Shown here piece after piece: positions 43,764 through 52,847 of a DNA stretch of 64,000 bases; the first letter of the stretch is position 1, and every line of letters starts with the position of its first letter. The stretch is from a virus. The notes below the pieces were generated by a model, which saw only the letters and a program-made list of their open reading frames with translations, did not search any database and had not been told where the DNA came from. A program made the position numbers and the translations under genes. The DNA lies in the IMG/VR virus record IMGVR_UViG_3300035491_000271, positions 820 through 64,819 of that record; one strand, given 5' to 3'.

Positions 43764-45278
43764 TTAGAAACGGTAACCGCTAGAATCGGTGATGATGCGA
43801 CTGACGCCATTGTCGCGTTCGTTACTACCAAGCGAGTCGACGATACCAACCAACGTCTCGCCCATCTTTTCGATACAGTTGCGGTCATCGACCACTACCG
43901 GTGCCACCAGTGAATCACAGAAGACAGGGAAGGCAAACTCTGCTGGATCATCGCCCTCGAGCTGAATCTGGACCACGACATCTCCAGCCAAACTGGCACT
44001 GACCCGCAGTTCGAACATGCAGTTCTCCCACGGCAACATGTCGACAAACAGTTCAGTGATCAGGCGCTGTTCGAAGGCCATCAGGGCTTGCTGGTTGATG
44101 GTTTTACCCAGAATTGGCAGGCATTCTGGAATCATGATAACCGGCTCACCCATGTGAGCGTAGTTATTGGCTTCGAACTGGACATGGGCCAAGTGGTGGA
44201 ACGCCATGTAAGTCGGCAACGCACGAGCTACCTGGATGGCAGCCAGAGTGGTGTTGTCGCGACCATCCCAACCCATTGAGTCACGCGAGAAATCGCGAGC
44301 AGTCTCCGGGCGCTCGAAGAACACCTTGACGTCATCCCACGCAAAGTCCGGGTTCATGGCAACGAGCTCGCCATAGGTGATGAACCCCTGCTCCAGGATA
44401 TTGGTATCCCGCGCCAGGTCGGCAAACGGCGCCAAACTGGTGAACGAACGTTCGCGCACTTGGCTACGGGCATCGCGCATGATCTGGCTGGTGTCGCGTT
44501 CCAGACCGTTGCCTTCGCCAAAGACTTCACCTTCGTTGGCGGTAGTCAGCGCCTTGAGCGAACGATGGAAGTAACGGGTCGAGGAGTCGTTCCAGCGGTT
44601 AGACATACGTAGGCCCGGCTGGGTGAAGCTGTTACGCATGTCCATGAACTGACCTGATTCAGCGCGGCGACTGAACGCAGTGGACAGCACATCCTTGGGA
44701 CTGGACTGGAACACATCTTCCGGGCGCATGGTCATGGTGCCAGGCGAGAGGCGATCGCGGCTGAAATCGGGCATGGTCTGAGGTGCAATCAGGTGATTGG
44801 ACCCCGCAATCTGCGTCCGCCATCCAGAGCCGGTCGGGGTGTCCATGTAGCTCTGATTGATCTCCGTGACCGAGTTGAAGTACATGCACATGTCTTCGTC
44901 GAGCTTGACGCCGCGAAGACTGTTGACGGCACCGACATGGTCGGTATAGCCGGAGACCTCGAGCATGGACCGAGCTGACTTCGAATCCCGCACCATGACG
45001 GTCATGATGAACATGAACCGTTTCTCACCCCAGTCGTTGGCAATACGCGCGGTGGTGTGGGTGTTGGCCTGAGGACGGATGATCCGGCCAGCGACACGGC
45101 TCAGCGCGGCAGGGGACAGGTCCGTGCCGCCACGGGTATCGTGGTCCAGCTGAGAGATCAGTTCGCTGGTTGCATCCGAGGCCCACGGGCGAAGTTGCAG
45201 GTCGCGGTAGCCCGAACGCTCACGAAAAACGATATCAACTAGCTGCATGTTGGTGACTCCCGATGATGTTGTTGACAC
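43764..45278 (-). CDS. picA: Nuclear import factor PicA/Imp1 (phiKZ gp69-like)
   Basis: 504 aa, immediately downstream of the nvRNAP sigma-like subunit. Assigned by size and synteny. Confidence 0.65.
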   Translation of the reverse strand: MSTTSSGVTNMQLVDIVFRERSGYRDLQLRPWASDATSELISQLDHDTRGGTDLSPAALSRVAGRIIRPQANTHTTARIANDWGEKRFMFIMTVMVRDSKSARSMLEVSGYTDHVGAVNSLRGVKLDEDMCMYFNSVTEINQSYMDTPTGSGWRTQIAGSNHLIAPQTMPDFSRDRLSPGTMTMRPEDVFQSSPKDVLSTAFSRRAESGQFMDMRNSFTQPGLRMSNRWNDSSTRYFHRSLKALTTANEGEVFGEGNGLERDTSQIMRDARSQVRERSFTSLAPFADLARDTNILEQGFITYGELVAMNPDFAWDDVKVFFERPETARDFSRDSMGWDGRDNTTLAAIQVARALPTYMAFHHLAHVQFEANNYAHMGEPVIMIPECLPILGKTINQQALMAFEQRLITELFVDMLPWENCMFELRVSASLAGDVVVQIQLEGDDPAEFAFPVFCDSLVAPVVVDDRNCIEKMGETLVGIVDSLGSNERDNGVSRIITDSSGYRF

Positions 45279-46836
45279 GAATGATCATGTCGGCAAGTTG
45301 GCGTTTGATGTCCCCTGAGATGTACATGTGCCCGGTTTGAGCGAGCATGGGGATCTTCTCGATGATGTCGCGGGGTGCATGAGGTTTCCATGCCCGACCG
45401 CTCATTTGTTCAACGACCTGGTCGATGGCGATCACCGCCACATTGCTGCGCTTACCAGGGTCTTGGCGCTTGGTCTCCTGACGGTAGTAAGGGTATTGAC
45501 GATCCAGAATCTCCGCTTGTTGTTTGGTGATTTTGTTACGGGTCTCACTCGGCATGAATGCCGCGTCACCGTCCTCGTGGAAATATTCTTCGGCCGAGAC
45601 CAGAATGGCCAGCTCGTAATACCCCCAATGTGCTAGGATGGCCTGAGCCATGCCCATTAGACGGAAGTGCGTCAACTTAAGCAACAGGTCACGCGCCTCT
45701 GGCGAGATGGTACGGATGACCCAGAACACCAGGGCCTTCTGGAATGGTTCAATCGGACGGATATCTGCACGAGAGCAGATCGATATACACTGCTGGACTC
45801 GACCGAGGTCAAGGTCCGGCGCAATGCGGCTGATGATGATGTCGGCCTTCTCGGTGAAGACCTCGATCATCTGACGGTCGCCCTCGGTGATTTCCTGTGT
45901 CTGACTGTAGTCGTCCATGACCGAGGAGTTATCCTCGTCGCCCTTATCCAGCGTACGATGGCGCTTGGGCTGAACCAGTCCGGTAACACTCTGAAAACGG
46001 CCGTCCATCCGCAAGTGTGTGCCGGTGACGTAGTTGAACAGAATGCGCGCCAGGCTGTCGCGCTCAACCGAGGTAGACAGCGGACCAATGGAAATCTTGC
46101 GCACCAGGGCCATGGCCATCAGATGGCGCGGCACTTCCTCGCTCGACAAGCCCGCCATGACCATGGTCATGCTGATCTCTTTGTCCACGCTAGCTTCGAT
46201 GTACTCGACCATGCGGATGAACGGTGGCCATTTATCCAGCCCGGCCAGTTCGATCAGCTTGACAGCCTCCGACTCTTTGTAACCATTGCCGTTGATGCTG
46301 GATACGTTCTGGATGTACATCCCCCAGATTGGCACCATGAAACGCAGGCCGAGCGCAAAAGCCACCATGTCCAAATAGTCAGACTTGATGTACGTGCGAC
46401 TCCGGTAGTTCCGCCCGCGTTCATTGAACTCTTCGAATTTTTCACTGACATCGCTGGGGATGGTGAGCTGAGCGCGATCCACGTAGGCACGGACACTGTC
46501 GTAGGTGATCAGGGTATAAAGCTTCTTGACCACCGCCTCGATGCGTTCACGGACCATGAACGAGGAACGGATTTCTTCTGAAGAAAGGTATTCGTCGACC
46601 TTGACGTACAGCGCCCACAGTTGGTCTTGGACATCTTCGGGCAGGGTAGCGATAAACTCATTGGTCTCCTTGAATAGCACTTCACGATTGAGGATGGCCG
46701 CCGAATGATAGCTGCCGGCCGACAACACCATCTCATGGCCCTTGTGATCAAGCCGAATAGTGTTAATCCCCTTCGGGGACAGCTCTTGGACGTGTATCCG
46801 CATTGTTTTGACAACCTCAGTGGTTACTGGATTCAA
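45235..46836 (-). CDS. Non-virion RNAP promoter-specificity (sigma-like) subunit (phiKZ gp68-like)
   Basis: 533 aa, helical. Position between the ChmC-like and PicA-like genes in the conserved chimallivirus block. Confidence 0.7.
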   Translation of the reverse strand: MNPVTTEVVKTMRIHVQELSPKGINTIRLDHKGHEMVLSAGSYHSAAILNREVLFKETNEFIATLPEDVQDQLWALYVKVDEYLSSEEIRSSFMVRERIEAVVKKLYTLITYDSVRAYVDRAQLTIPSDVSEKFEEFNERGRNYRSRTYIKSDYLDMVAFALGLRFMVPIWGMYIQNVSSINGNGYKESEAVKLIELAGLDKWPPFIRMVEYIEASVDKEISMTMVMAGLSSEEVPRHLMAMALVRKISIGPLSTSVERDSLARILFNYVTGTHLRMDGRFQSVTGLVQPKRHRTLDKGDEDNSSVMDDYSQTQEITEGDRQMIEVFTEKADIIISRIAPDLDLGRVQQCISICSRADIRPIEPFQKALVFWVIRTISPEARDLLLKLTHFRLMGMAQAILAHWGYYELAILVSAEEYFHEDGDAAFMPSETRNKITKQQAEILDRQYPYYRQETKRQDPGKRSNVAVIAIDQVVEQMSGRAWKPHAPRDIIEKIPMLAQTGHMYISGDIKRQLADMIIRVNNIIGSHQHAAS

Positions 46837-46839
46837 AAA

Positions 46840-46848
46840 GATAATGTA
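46840..46848 (-). promoter_or_regulatory. Putative early promoter TACATTATC
   Basis: Recurrent motif directly upstream of the gp68-like gene. Confidence 0.55.
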
Positions 46849-46897
46849 TTGCTGTAGAACGGTTCAATAAAACGATTTTCTCTGGCTAAGGGTATAG

Positions 46898-46928
46898 TCG
46901 ACACTGGACCGAATCGGTCCAGTGTCGA
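46898..46928. terminator. Terminator-like hairpin after the ChmC-like gene
   Basis: TCGACACTGGACCG AAT CGGTCCAGTGTCGA; 14 bp stem. Confidence 0.55.
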
Positions 46929-46937
46929 GGTACTTAC

Positions 46938-47705
46938 TTATAACGGGACGTCGTCGTCGAAGGAGAAATCGTTTCCACCGGAAGGAGCTGCCGAGGACGT
47001 CTGTCCACCGTTGCCACCGCCATTGTTGTTCCAGCCGCCACCGCCTTGGCGGTTGCCACCACTGTTGTTGTTCCAGCTACCACCTTGACCGCCGCGGTTG
47101 TTATTCCAGCTACCGCCTTGACCGCCTTGACGGTTACGATCCATCCAGGCCGGACGGACGTAGTTGTCGGCGATGACTTGGTTGACGTAGGTACGGACCG
47201 TATCGACCCAACCCAGGCAGTACAGACGAGAAGCAACCGAGACTGGCATCGGGCCATTGGCGTCACGGAAGTTGTGGTAGGTCTCGTCGAGGAACGGGAA
47301 CTCGATCAGGGGGCGATTCTTGCCTGCACTGATGCAGATGGAGATGACGCCTTCAGCGTTCTTCTCGATCTTGATGGTGCTCATGATCGACGGGTTCGGG
47401 TCACGCTTCTTGTCGATGAAACGATGGCCTTTGTTGTCCATCATGATGCTGGTCGGTTCTTTGTGGTTGGCCACAGCTTCGACCGCGCGCAGGAACGCAT
47501 GGAAGGTGCGGTTGTTGAACGCCGCTTCGATCTTACCGTGGTTACGGTCGTTCGGCACGCGGGTCTTGACCACCAGACGGGGGTTGTTCTCGTAGTAGGC
47601 AGGGCGGAGCGTGGGATCGCCTTCCATGCCATCCTGGCGCTTGGCTTTCAGCGCCAGCGAGGGTTCATCCAGGATCGTCTCGGGACGCTGATTGGTTTCG
47701 CTCAT
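46938..47705 (-). CDS. chmC: RNA-binding shell-associated protein ChmC (phiKZ gp67-like)
   Basis: 255 aa from MSETNQ (GGAGAG SD). Beta-rich core plus a G/N/Q/W low-complexity tail. Directly upstream of the gp68-like gene. Confidence 0.65.
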   Translation of the reverse strand: MSETNQRPETILDEPSLALKAKRQDGMEGDPTLRPAYYENNPRLVVKTRVPNDRNHGKIEAAFNNRTFHAFLRAVEAVANHKEPTSIMMDNKGHRFIDKKRDPNPSIMSTIKIEKNAEGVISICISAGKNRPLIEFPFLDETYHNFRDANGPMPVSVASRLYCLGWVDTVRTYVNQVIADNYVRPAWMDRNRQGGQGGSWNNNRGGQGGSWNNNSGGNRQGGGGWNNNGGGNGGQTSSAAPSGGNDFSFDDDVPL

Positions 47706-47780
47706 TTTGGTCTCTCCAAGTACACGGCTTTTACTCAAATAGATACAGGCCGCAGTTTATTTTTTACCCGCCGAAAAGCC

Positions 47781-48650
47781 TCATGCCTTCGAATAGAGGT
47801 TCAACACCAGTTTTTCAAGCTCGGGCTCATAAGCCTTCTTGATCGAACTGATGATGTAATCCTTCGTTGTCATGGACGTCCAGCGATTCTTTTGGGCGAT
47901 GTCGAGCATCACCCGACGATACTTGATCGGGAATGCAGTAAACAAGTTACTGTTATCGCCGAAGAACTGGATGGTCATCCGGTCAAAGGGAATGTTACTT
48001 AGCTCTTTGCCGTTTGACAGCTTAGTGTGCCACAGCGCCGGAGGCTTGGTTGCACCTGTGTGCGACTCCAGCAGCGTCAGCGAATTGAACCTATATCGTT
48101 GAAGCAGGTCCACGGCATAACTGGTCATCATCAGGACTCGACGATTGTCGTTCTCCAGATCGATGTCCGTTTCCATGATCTTAATCGATGGGTTGCGGCC
48201 GAGCTGCTCCATCAATTCGATAATGGTATTTTCCTCACGCAGGGCGGCTAACTTCTGTTTCTCAGTGTTGGCTGCCTTCAGAACAGCGTGAGGAAAACGT
48301 CTAGGAATGCCGCGATAGTTGCACAGATAGATCTGTGTCTTAACCCGTCCGCTGCTAACCCGAGCCACCGATTCTTCGATGATGGTCATCTCATTGATAA
48401 GCGCATACGCCAGGTCTTCTGGAAAGACGTCGTTTAAACGCTCGGAGTCGATAGCGCCGATCAGGTTACGGATCAGGGTGCGCAGGTTAACGTACAATAC
48501 GTCTACCTGATTGATGATCGGGTTGCGATTGGGGTTGTCCTCGAGGATGCCGAATGCACCCTCGAGCGCCAAGCTACTGCCGATGGAGATAGGTATCTGT
48601 CCCACCTCCCGGCTGGAGATGGTTTCCATGGCCCGTGGATCGAATGCCAT
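47781..48650 (-). CDS. Conserved core hypothetical protein (phiKZ gp66-like)
   Basis: 289 aa with GGAGG SD, between the SbcD-like and ChmC-like genes. Confidence 0.7.
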   Translation of the reverse strand: MAFDPRAMETISSREVGQIPISIGSSLALEGAFGILEDNPNRNPIINQVDVLYVNLRTLIRNLIGAIDSERLNDVFPEDLAYALINEMTIIEESVARVSSGRVKTQIYLCNYRGIPRRFPHAVLKAANTEKQKLAALREENTIIELMEQLGRNPSIKIMETDIDLENDNRRVLMMTSYAVDLLQRYRFNSLTLLESHTGATKPPALWHTKLSNGKELSNIPFDRMTIQFFGDNSNLFTAFPIKYRRVMLDIAQKNRWTSMTTKDYIISSIKKAYEPELEKLVLNLYSKA

Positions 48651-48659
48651 GTGGCCTCC

Positions 48660-49829
48660 TTATTGCTCTGCGTAGGTCCCAAGCACGGTCATGACCATCT
48701 GCGCTTCCTGACTGGCCTCGTCGGCAATATACCGCTTGAGGCGTTCCGAAACTAGATGTCCGATGTTGGTGGGGGTGATGCTGATGGGCTTGACCTTAGG
48801 TAATTCGACATGGGCCAGGTCGATCTTCTCCTGAGGCTTGAGGTCATCCATCTGGGTGGTGATGCGGAACTGTGGGAATCGTTTACGCAGGTCTTTGAGT
48901 CCGTGCTGAACCGGCGTGCCACGAGCGATCATCAGGCGGAAACAGGAGTCATCCGGCTCGTTCTCATACGACTCTAGGATTTCCAAGACCTGGTCGGTGT
49001 CCATGTCACGGCAATCAAGGGTCTTATAAAGCCGCGCACCATTGTTCTCCACAAACCAGTGGTAGTTCTTACCCTGCTTGGAAATACAGGCACGGTAATG
49101 ACCCTTGGCAGCTTCCTCACCGTGACTTAAGCGGTCGAAGGACCCTTGCGCCAAGATGACGGATGAATGCCGCGGATGCGAGCGCTCCGTGCGAATGTGC
49201 ACATGACCAATGCCAATGAAATGCCTGACGATTGACAAGTACGCTTCATGACTATGGTTTTTCACCGATTCGATTGGCAACTGATAGTCAAACGAGCCGT
49301 GCATGCAGGCAACGTCGACTTTTTCAAGTCCGTGAATCGACAACAACTCCTGCACTTGCTGCCAGGTCACGCTGGCATCAGCATTCCATTCGTCAGGGAC
49401 ATAGAGCACACTCAACCCACCCAGTTCTTCGATCACCTCGATGCTCAAGGTATCGACGTACTTCAGATTAGCTGGGGTGCTGAGGGTTCGATTGACGTTA
49501 ACAAACTGCTTGGACTGCCGCCAGTCATGACTGGGAGTACCTTCCAGAACGCGCACAATGATGTTACGTTTGGCGCAGATCAGGAGGATGTCAGCAATCC
49601 ATTCCTGAATGGCGTCTACCTCGTCTTGCGGGAGGCTCATCAGGCGATCAAACACATCTCCTGCAAAGAACAGGATGTCCAACTTACCCGTCTCTTCCGT
49701 ATCAGGAAATGCCTGTCGGAGGTTCTTGATGATGTGGTAGGTGTTAGTTCGCGGATGGGCCAGGTGAATGTCCGAGATAAACGCCATGAACAGGTCAGAG
49801 CGGTTCGAAGTCGTCGTCTTCAAATTCAT
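48660..49829 (-). CDS. sbcD: Mre11/SbcD-family nuclease
   Basis: Phosphoesterase motifs SDIHL, AGDVFD, GTPSHD, MHG and GHVH. Probable start MNLKTT at 49829. Confidence 0.9.
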   Translation of the reverse strand: MNLKTTTSNRSDLFMAFISDIHLAHPRTNTYHIIKNLRQAFPDTEETGKLDILFFAGDVFDRLMSLPQDEVDAIQEWIADILLICAKRNIIVRVLEGTPSHDWRQSKQFVNVNRTLSTPANLKYVDTLSIEVIEELGGLSVLYVPDEWNADASVTWQQVQELLSIHGLEKVDVACMHGSFDYQLPIESVKNHSHEAYLSIVRHFIGIGHVHIRTERSHPRHSSVILAQGSFDRLSHGEEAAKGHYRACISKQGKNYHWFVENNGARLYKTLDCRDMDTDQVLEILESYENEPDDSCFRLMIARGTPVQHGLKDLRKRFPQFRITTQMDDLKPQEKIDLAHVELPKVKPISITPTNIGHLVSERLKRYIADEASQEAQMVMTVLGTYAEQ

Positions 49830-50394
49830 CAATCGATTTCCGAGTAGGGGTATCGGCACCCCCTTCTTCCATCGGGGCACCACTGATTTCTGACTCTACC
49901 AGCTTGGCTTTATCGCCAAACAGAAGCGACAGCGGGATGTCATACCGCTTGTAGATCATCGCCCACATCTTACCGTAGACGGTGGAGATGGCATCGGCCG
50001 GGGTGTGGTTCAGTGCCACTAGGCGACTGACATAGTTGTCAATGACAGCACCAGGATGTGCCGTGGTGATTTCCGATTCGAAGGTGGCTGCGAGTTCGGC
50101 AACATCGGTCTCCGGACCGGCCTGCAACGTCCGGATCGCCATCGGCGTGGGCGCCAGCAGCGGCGGTACTACAAAGAGTACCTTGTTCGGGTCATTGTCT
50201 GCCACGACATCGATCATCCGATTGGGGTGACCGGCAGCCGCCACGAAAATCTCGACCGGGCGATTGGTATCGCCATTAGGCGAAGGGAGCAGGTGAGGCA
50301 AAAGGCGTCGGACAAAATCGCTTTCGCGCAGTTTGGCGTTAGCGTCCTTGTTCATAGCCTCGAGATTGGCAAAGTCATGCTCGTTCAACTGCAT
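49795..50394 (-). CDS. Conserved hypothetical protein
   Basis: 199 aa with GGAG SD and an acidic C-terminus. Confidence 0.7.
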   Translation of the reverse strand: MQLNEHDFANLEAMNKDANAKLRESDFVRRLLPHLLPSPNGDTNRPVEIFVAAAGHPNRMIDVVADNDPNKVLFVVPPLLAPTPMAIRTLQAGPETDVAELAATFESEITTAHPGAVIDNYVSRLVALNHTPADAISTVYGKMWAMIYKRYDIPLSLLFGDKAKLVESEISGAPMEEGGADTPTRKSIDEFEDDDFEPL

Positions 50395-50448
50395 AACAAA
50401 TTCTCCATAAAGAGGGCGGTCTGGCCGCCCTCTATGTCCGATAGCCGA

Positions 50449-51024
50449 TTACTCGCCAGCCGGCTCTTCGTTGGCGCCAGTTGCAGCGGTGATTTCCATG
50501 GCTTTCTTGGAGGTTTCCTTGCGGAATTCCTCAAGCGCAACGGAATCGATGACGTAGTAGGCGCGCCCGATCTGACCACCGTAGGAAATGACCAGATCGC
50601 CCATGGCATGCTGAACCTTTTCGTTCTTCAAGCCTTCGGACATCTCGTCACCGGAGAGCCACTTCTGGGTGGCCGTGTGCTGCTCTTCGACCAACGGGCC
50701 ATCTTCGGTCAGAGTAACGCGAATGGCGCCGGGTACATAGCCTTCGACAACCACCAGCTCAGGAGCACGCTGTTTGGACTGCTTGGCCTTGAAGGCGATG
50801 GCGTTGGCAGCCGCAATGAACACGCGCTGAGCAATGCTGTCGATCATGACGTCATCGTTGAACAGGCGCTGGATGTGATCGGCAGTCAGTTCGACCAGGG
50901 TGCGGTTGATCGCCAGCATGGCGTCGTTAGCCTGGATCAGACTTTCCTGAAGCTGAGCGACTTGGGCTTCCAGTTGGGCGATGCGCTCTTCCTGGGACTG
51001 TTCACGTGCTTCATCGGTGGTCAT
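50449..51024 (-). CDS. Hypothetical protein with N-terminal coiled coil
   Basis: 191 aa with AAGGAG SD and strong codon bias. Confidence 0.75.
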   Translation of the reverse strand: MTTDEAREQSQEERIAQLEAQVAQLQESLIQANDAMLAINRTLVELTADHIQRLFNDDVMIDSIAQRVFIAAANAIAFKAKQSKQRAPELVVVEGYVPGAIRVTLTEDGPLVEEQHTATQKWLSGDEMSEGLKNEKVQHAMGDLVISYGGQIGRAYYVIDSVALEEFRKETSKKAMEITAATGANEEPAGE

Positions 51025-51034
51025 ATATCACTCC

Positions 51035-51457
51035 TTAGTTGTTAAAGCCAGCCGCAATGAACGGCTTGCCATCGTTTTGCAGATCAATGATACTGCGAAT
51101 CTTCGAATTGGCTGAACTTACGACGTGTTTCAAATCAATGGACTTGTCCCCGTCTCGTAAGATAGCACTGATTTGTAAATCAATACCAGACGGTGTGCTC
51201 TGCGCAGAAACATCCAATTCAGCCGAGTCAAATTGTCGGTCGAGATAGTTCTGCAACCGCAGCCTGACCTCATTTTCAAGCTCCAGACGGTTGTTGCCGA
51301 ACTGGCTGACAATGCTGGAAAGGCTGGTGACCTGACCGCGATAGAGGTCACTCTGGGAGCGCTGAGCAATGTAGAAATTACTCATCGCCTCATCGGCTTT
51401 GATGGTAAGATCGGTAGCAAACCCGGCAGCGCCGAGCACAGGGATTACGCGGGCCAT
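51035..51457 (-). CDS. Conserved virion-type protein, possibly gp25/gpW-like baseplate wedge
   Basis: 140 aa from MARVIPVLG (GGAG SD). The alpha/beta pattern 'LQNYLDRQFDSAELDV...LQISAIL' is suggestive only. Confidence 0.55.
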   Translation of the reverse strand: MARVIPVLGAAGFATDLTIKADEAMSNFYIAQRSQSDLYRGQVTSLSSIVSQFGNNRLELENEVRLRLQNYLDRQFDSAELDVSAQSTPSGIDLQISAILRDGDKSIDLKHVVSSANSKIRSIIDLQNDGKPFIAAGFNN

Positions 51458-51535
51458 GATAACTCCAGACAAAGAAAAAAGTCCACCGTAAGGAAGAAGG
51501 TGGCACACATACCCATTAGGGCAGTGTGCCACGAT

Positions 51536-52192
51536 TCACTTACAGAGAGGGGAGGTTGAGGCTCTACGCCGAATAGGTGTAGAGACTGCCTCATCCATGG
51601 TCATGCCATACCGAACAACTCTGTCAAACAAAGTACTGTAAGGAATTCGAGTTAAACGCGAAACCTGGGCGATGGAAAGGTGCTCTCCTTTGTACTCGTG
51701 TTTCTTAACATGGTCTCTGTTATTGGCTTGCTCTTCTTTAGTTGCCCAGCGACAATTATCGGGCCCATAATCGCCGTCGTTGTCAATTCTATCAACCGTA
51801 TATCCCTGACCAGGGTAAGGACCCATATCGGAAATAAAGTTGTCTATATCATGCAGCCAGCGCTGACATACTTTAATGCCTCTCCCGCCGTATGCTGCAT
51901 AATCCTGATTATCTTCATCGTTGCAGCGCCGGATCATCGATATCCAGCTGTTGTATTCTGGCCAGCGGGATTTCCCATGTTTGGTCCAATCTCTCCGGCC
52001 ATTCTCACCTCTTAAACAACCACAGCTAGAAGTACTGCCCCTCCTTAGGCAGTAACCTCTCACTATGGTTTCATTACCGCAATCACATAGACACACCCAC
52101 TGACGCTCACCTTTAAGGTTATACGTTGGAGTTTGCTTAGGGACAAATAACTTACCGAACCGGAGGTTAGATAAGTCTTTTGGGAACGACAT
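51536..52192 (-). mobile_element. Free-standing HNH homing-endonuclease-like gene
   Basis: 218 aa. 'RFGKL..WVCLCDCG...SCGC', 'YGGRGIKVCQRW', 'DRIDNDGDYGPDNCRWAT' and a C-terminal HTH. AT-richer than the flanks; GGAGG SD. Confidence 0.85.
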
Positions 52193-52213
52193 ACAACCTC
52201 CGGTTCAGTCTAG

Positions 52214-52837
52214 TTATAGTGAGTTATTATCCTCCGAGGAGGGGTCATCAAGACCTTCATCGAGGAAGGTATTGAAGTTGGCCCACATCGAGTCACGGAT
52301 GGTGGTTTGCTGGTCGAAGCGCAGTTCCGTACGACCGTCTTCATCGTACAAGTGCAGATACTGCACAAAGTGCGAATGGCCGTGTTCATCGAACTGGAGC
52401 AGACCGTGCATCACTTGCTGGTAATCCGGATCGTCATCACCATAACGGCCGGGGTTGCGGTTAATGTAAGTATCGCGCCAGCCGTACATCATGTCCTTTT
52501 CGAACAGACGTTTAGCCCGCGGATTGGCCATCAGCCAGCGCTGTTGGTCAGGACCGGCCTGCTGGAACTGACCGATACGGGACATTGGCCGGATGCCATC
52601 CTTATCGAACAGGTGCGTGACCTTACGCGTGAGTGCGGCGATCTTACGTTCAATCCCGTCAAAGTCGAAGGAATTGAACCGATCCACGGCGCGCTGATAC
52701 AGGTCAGAGCCCACTAGCCCGAACGAACGGGCGGTGTTCTCCAGACGATCTCGGATAGCTGCACGGTCCTCCGACCGCGGCAGTCCGTAGTGCATCGCTC
52801 CGAACTCACGATCATCAGCGTAAATAGCTATCGCCAT
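52214..52837 (-). CDS. Conserved core protein (phiKZ gp59-like)
   Basis: 207 aa with AAGGAG SD, directly downstream of the nvRNAP beta' N-subunit. Confidence 0.65.
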   Translation of the reverse strand: MAIAIYADDREFGAMHYGLPRSEDRAAIRDRLENTARSFGLVGSDLYQRAVDRFNSFDFDGIERKIAALTRKVTHLFDKDGIRPMSRIGQFQQAGPDQQRWLMANPRAKRLFEKDMMYGWRDTYINRNPGRYGDDDPDYQQVMHGLLQFDEHGHSHFVQYLHLYDEDGRTELRFDQQTTIRDSMWANFNTFLDEGLDDPSSEDNNSL

Positions 52838-52847
52838 GCTTTACTCC

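Noticed and set aside
51458-52213. HNH gene as part of a group I intron
   Set aside because: Both flanking genes are complete, with their own starts and stops, and there is too little flanking sequence for an intron core.
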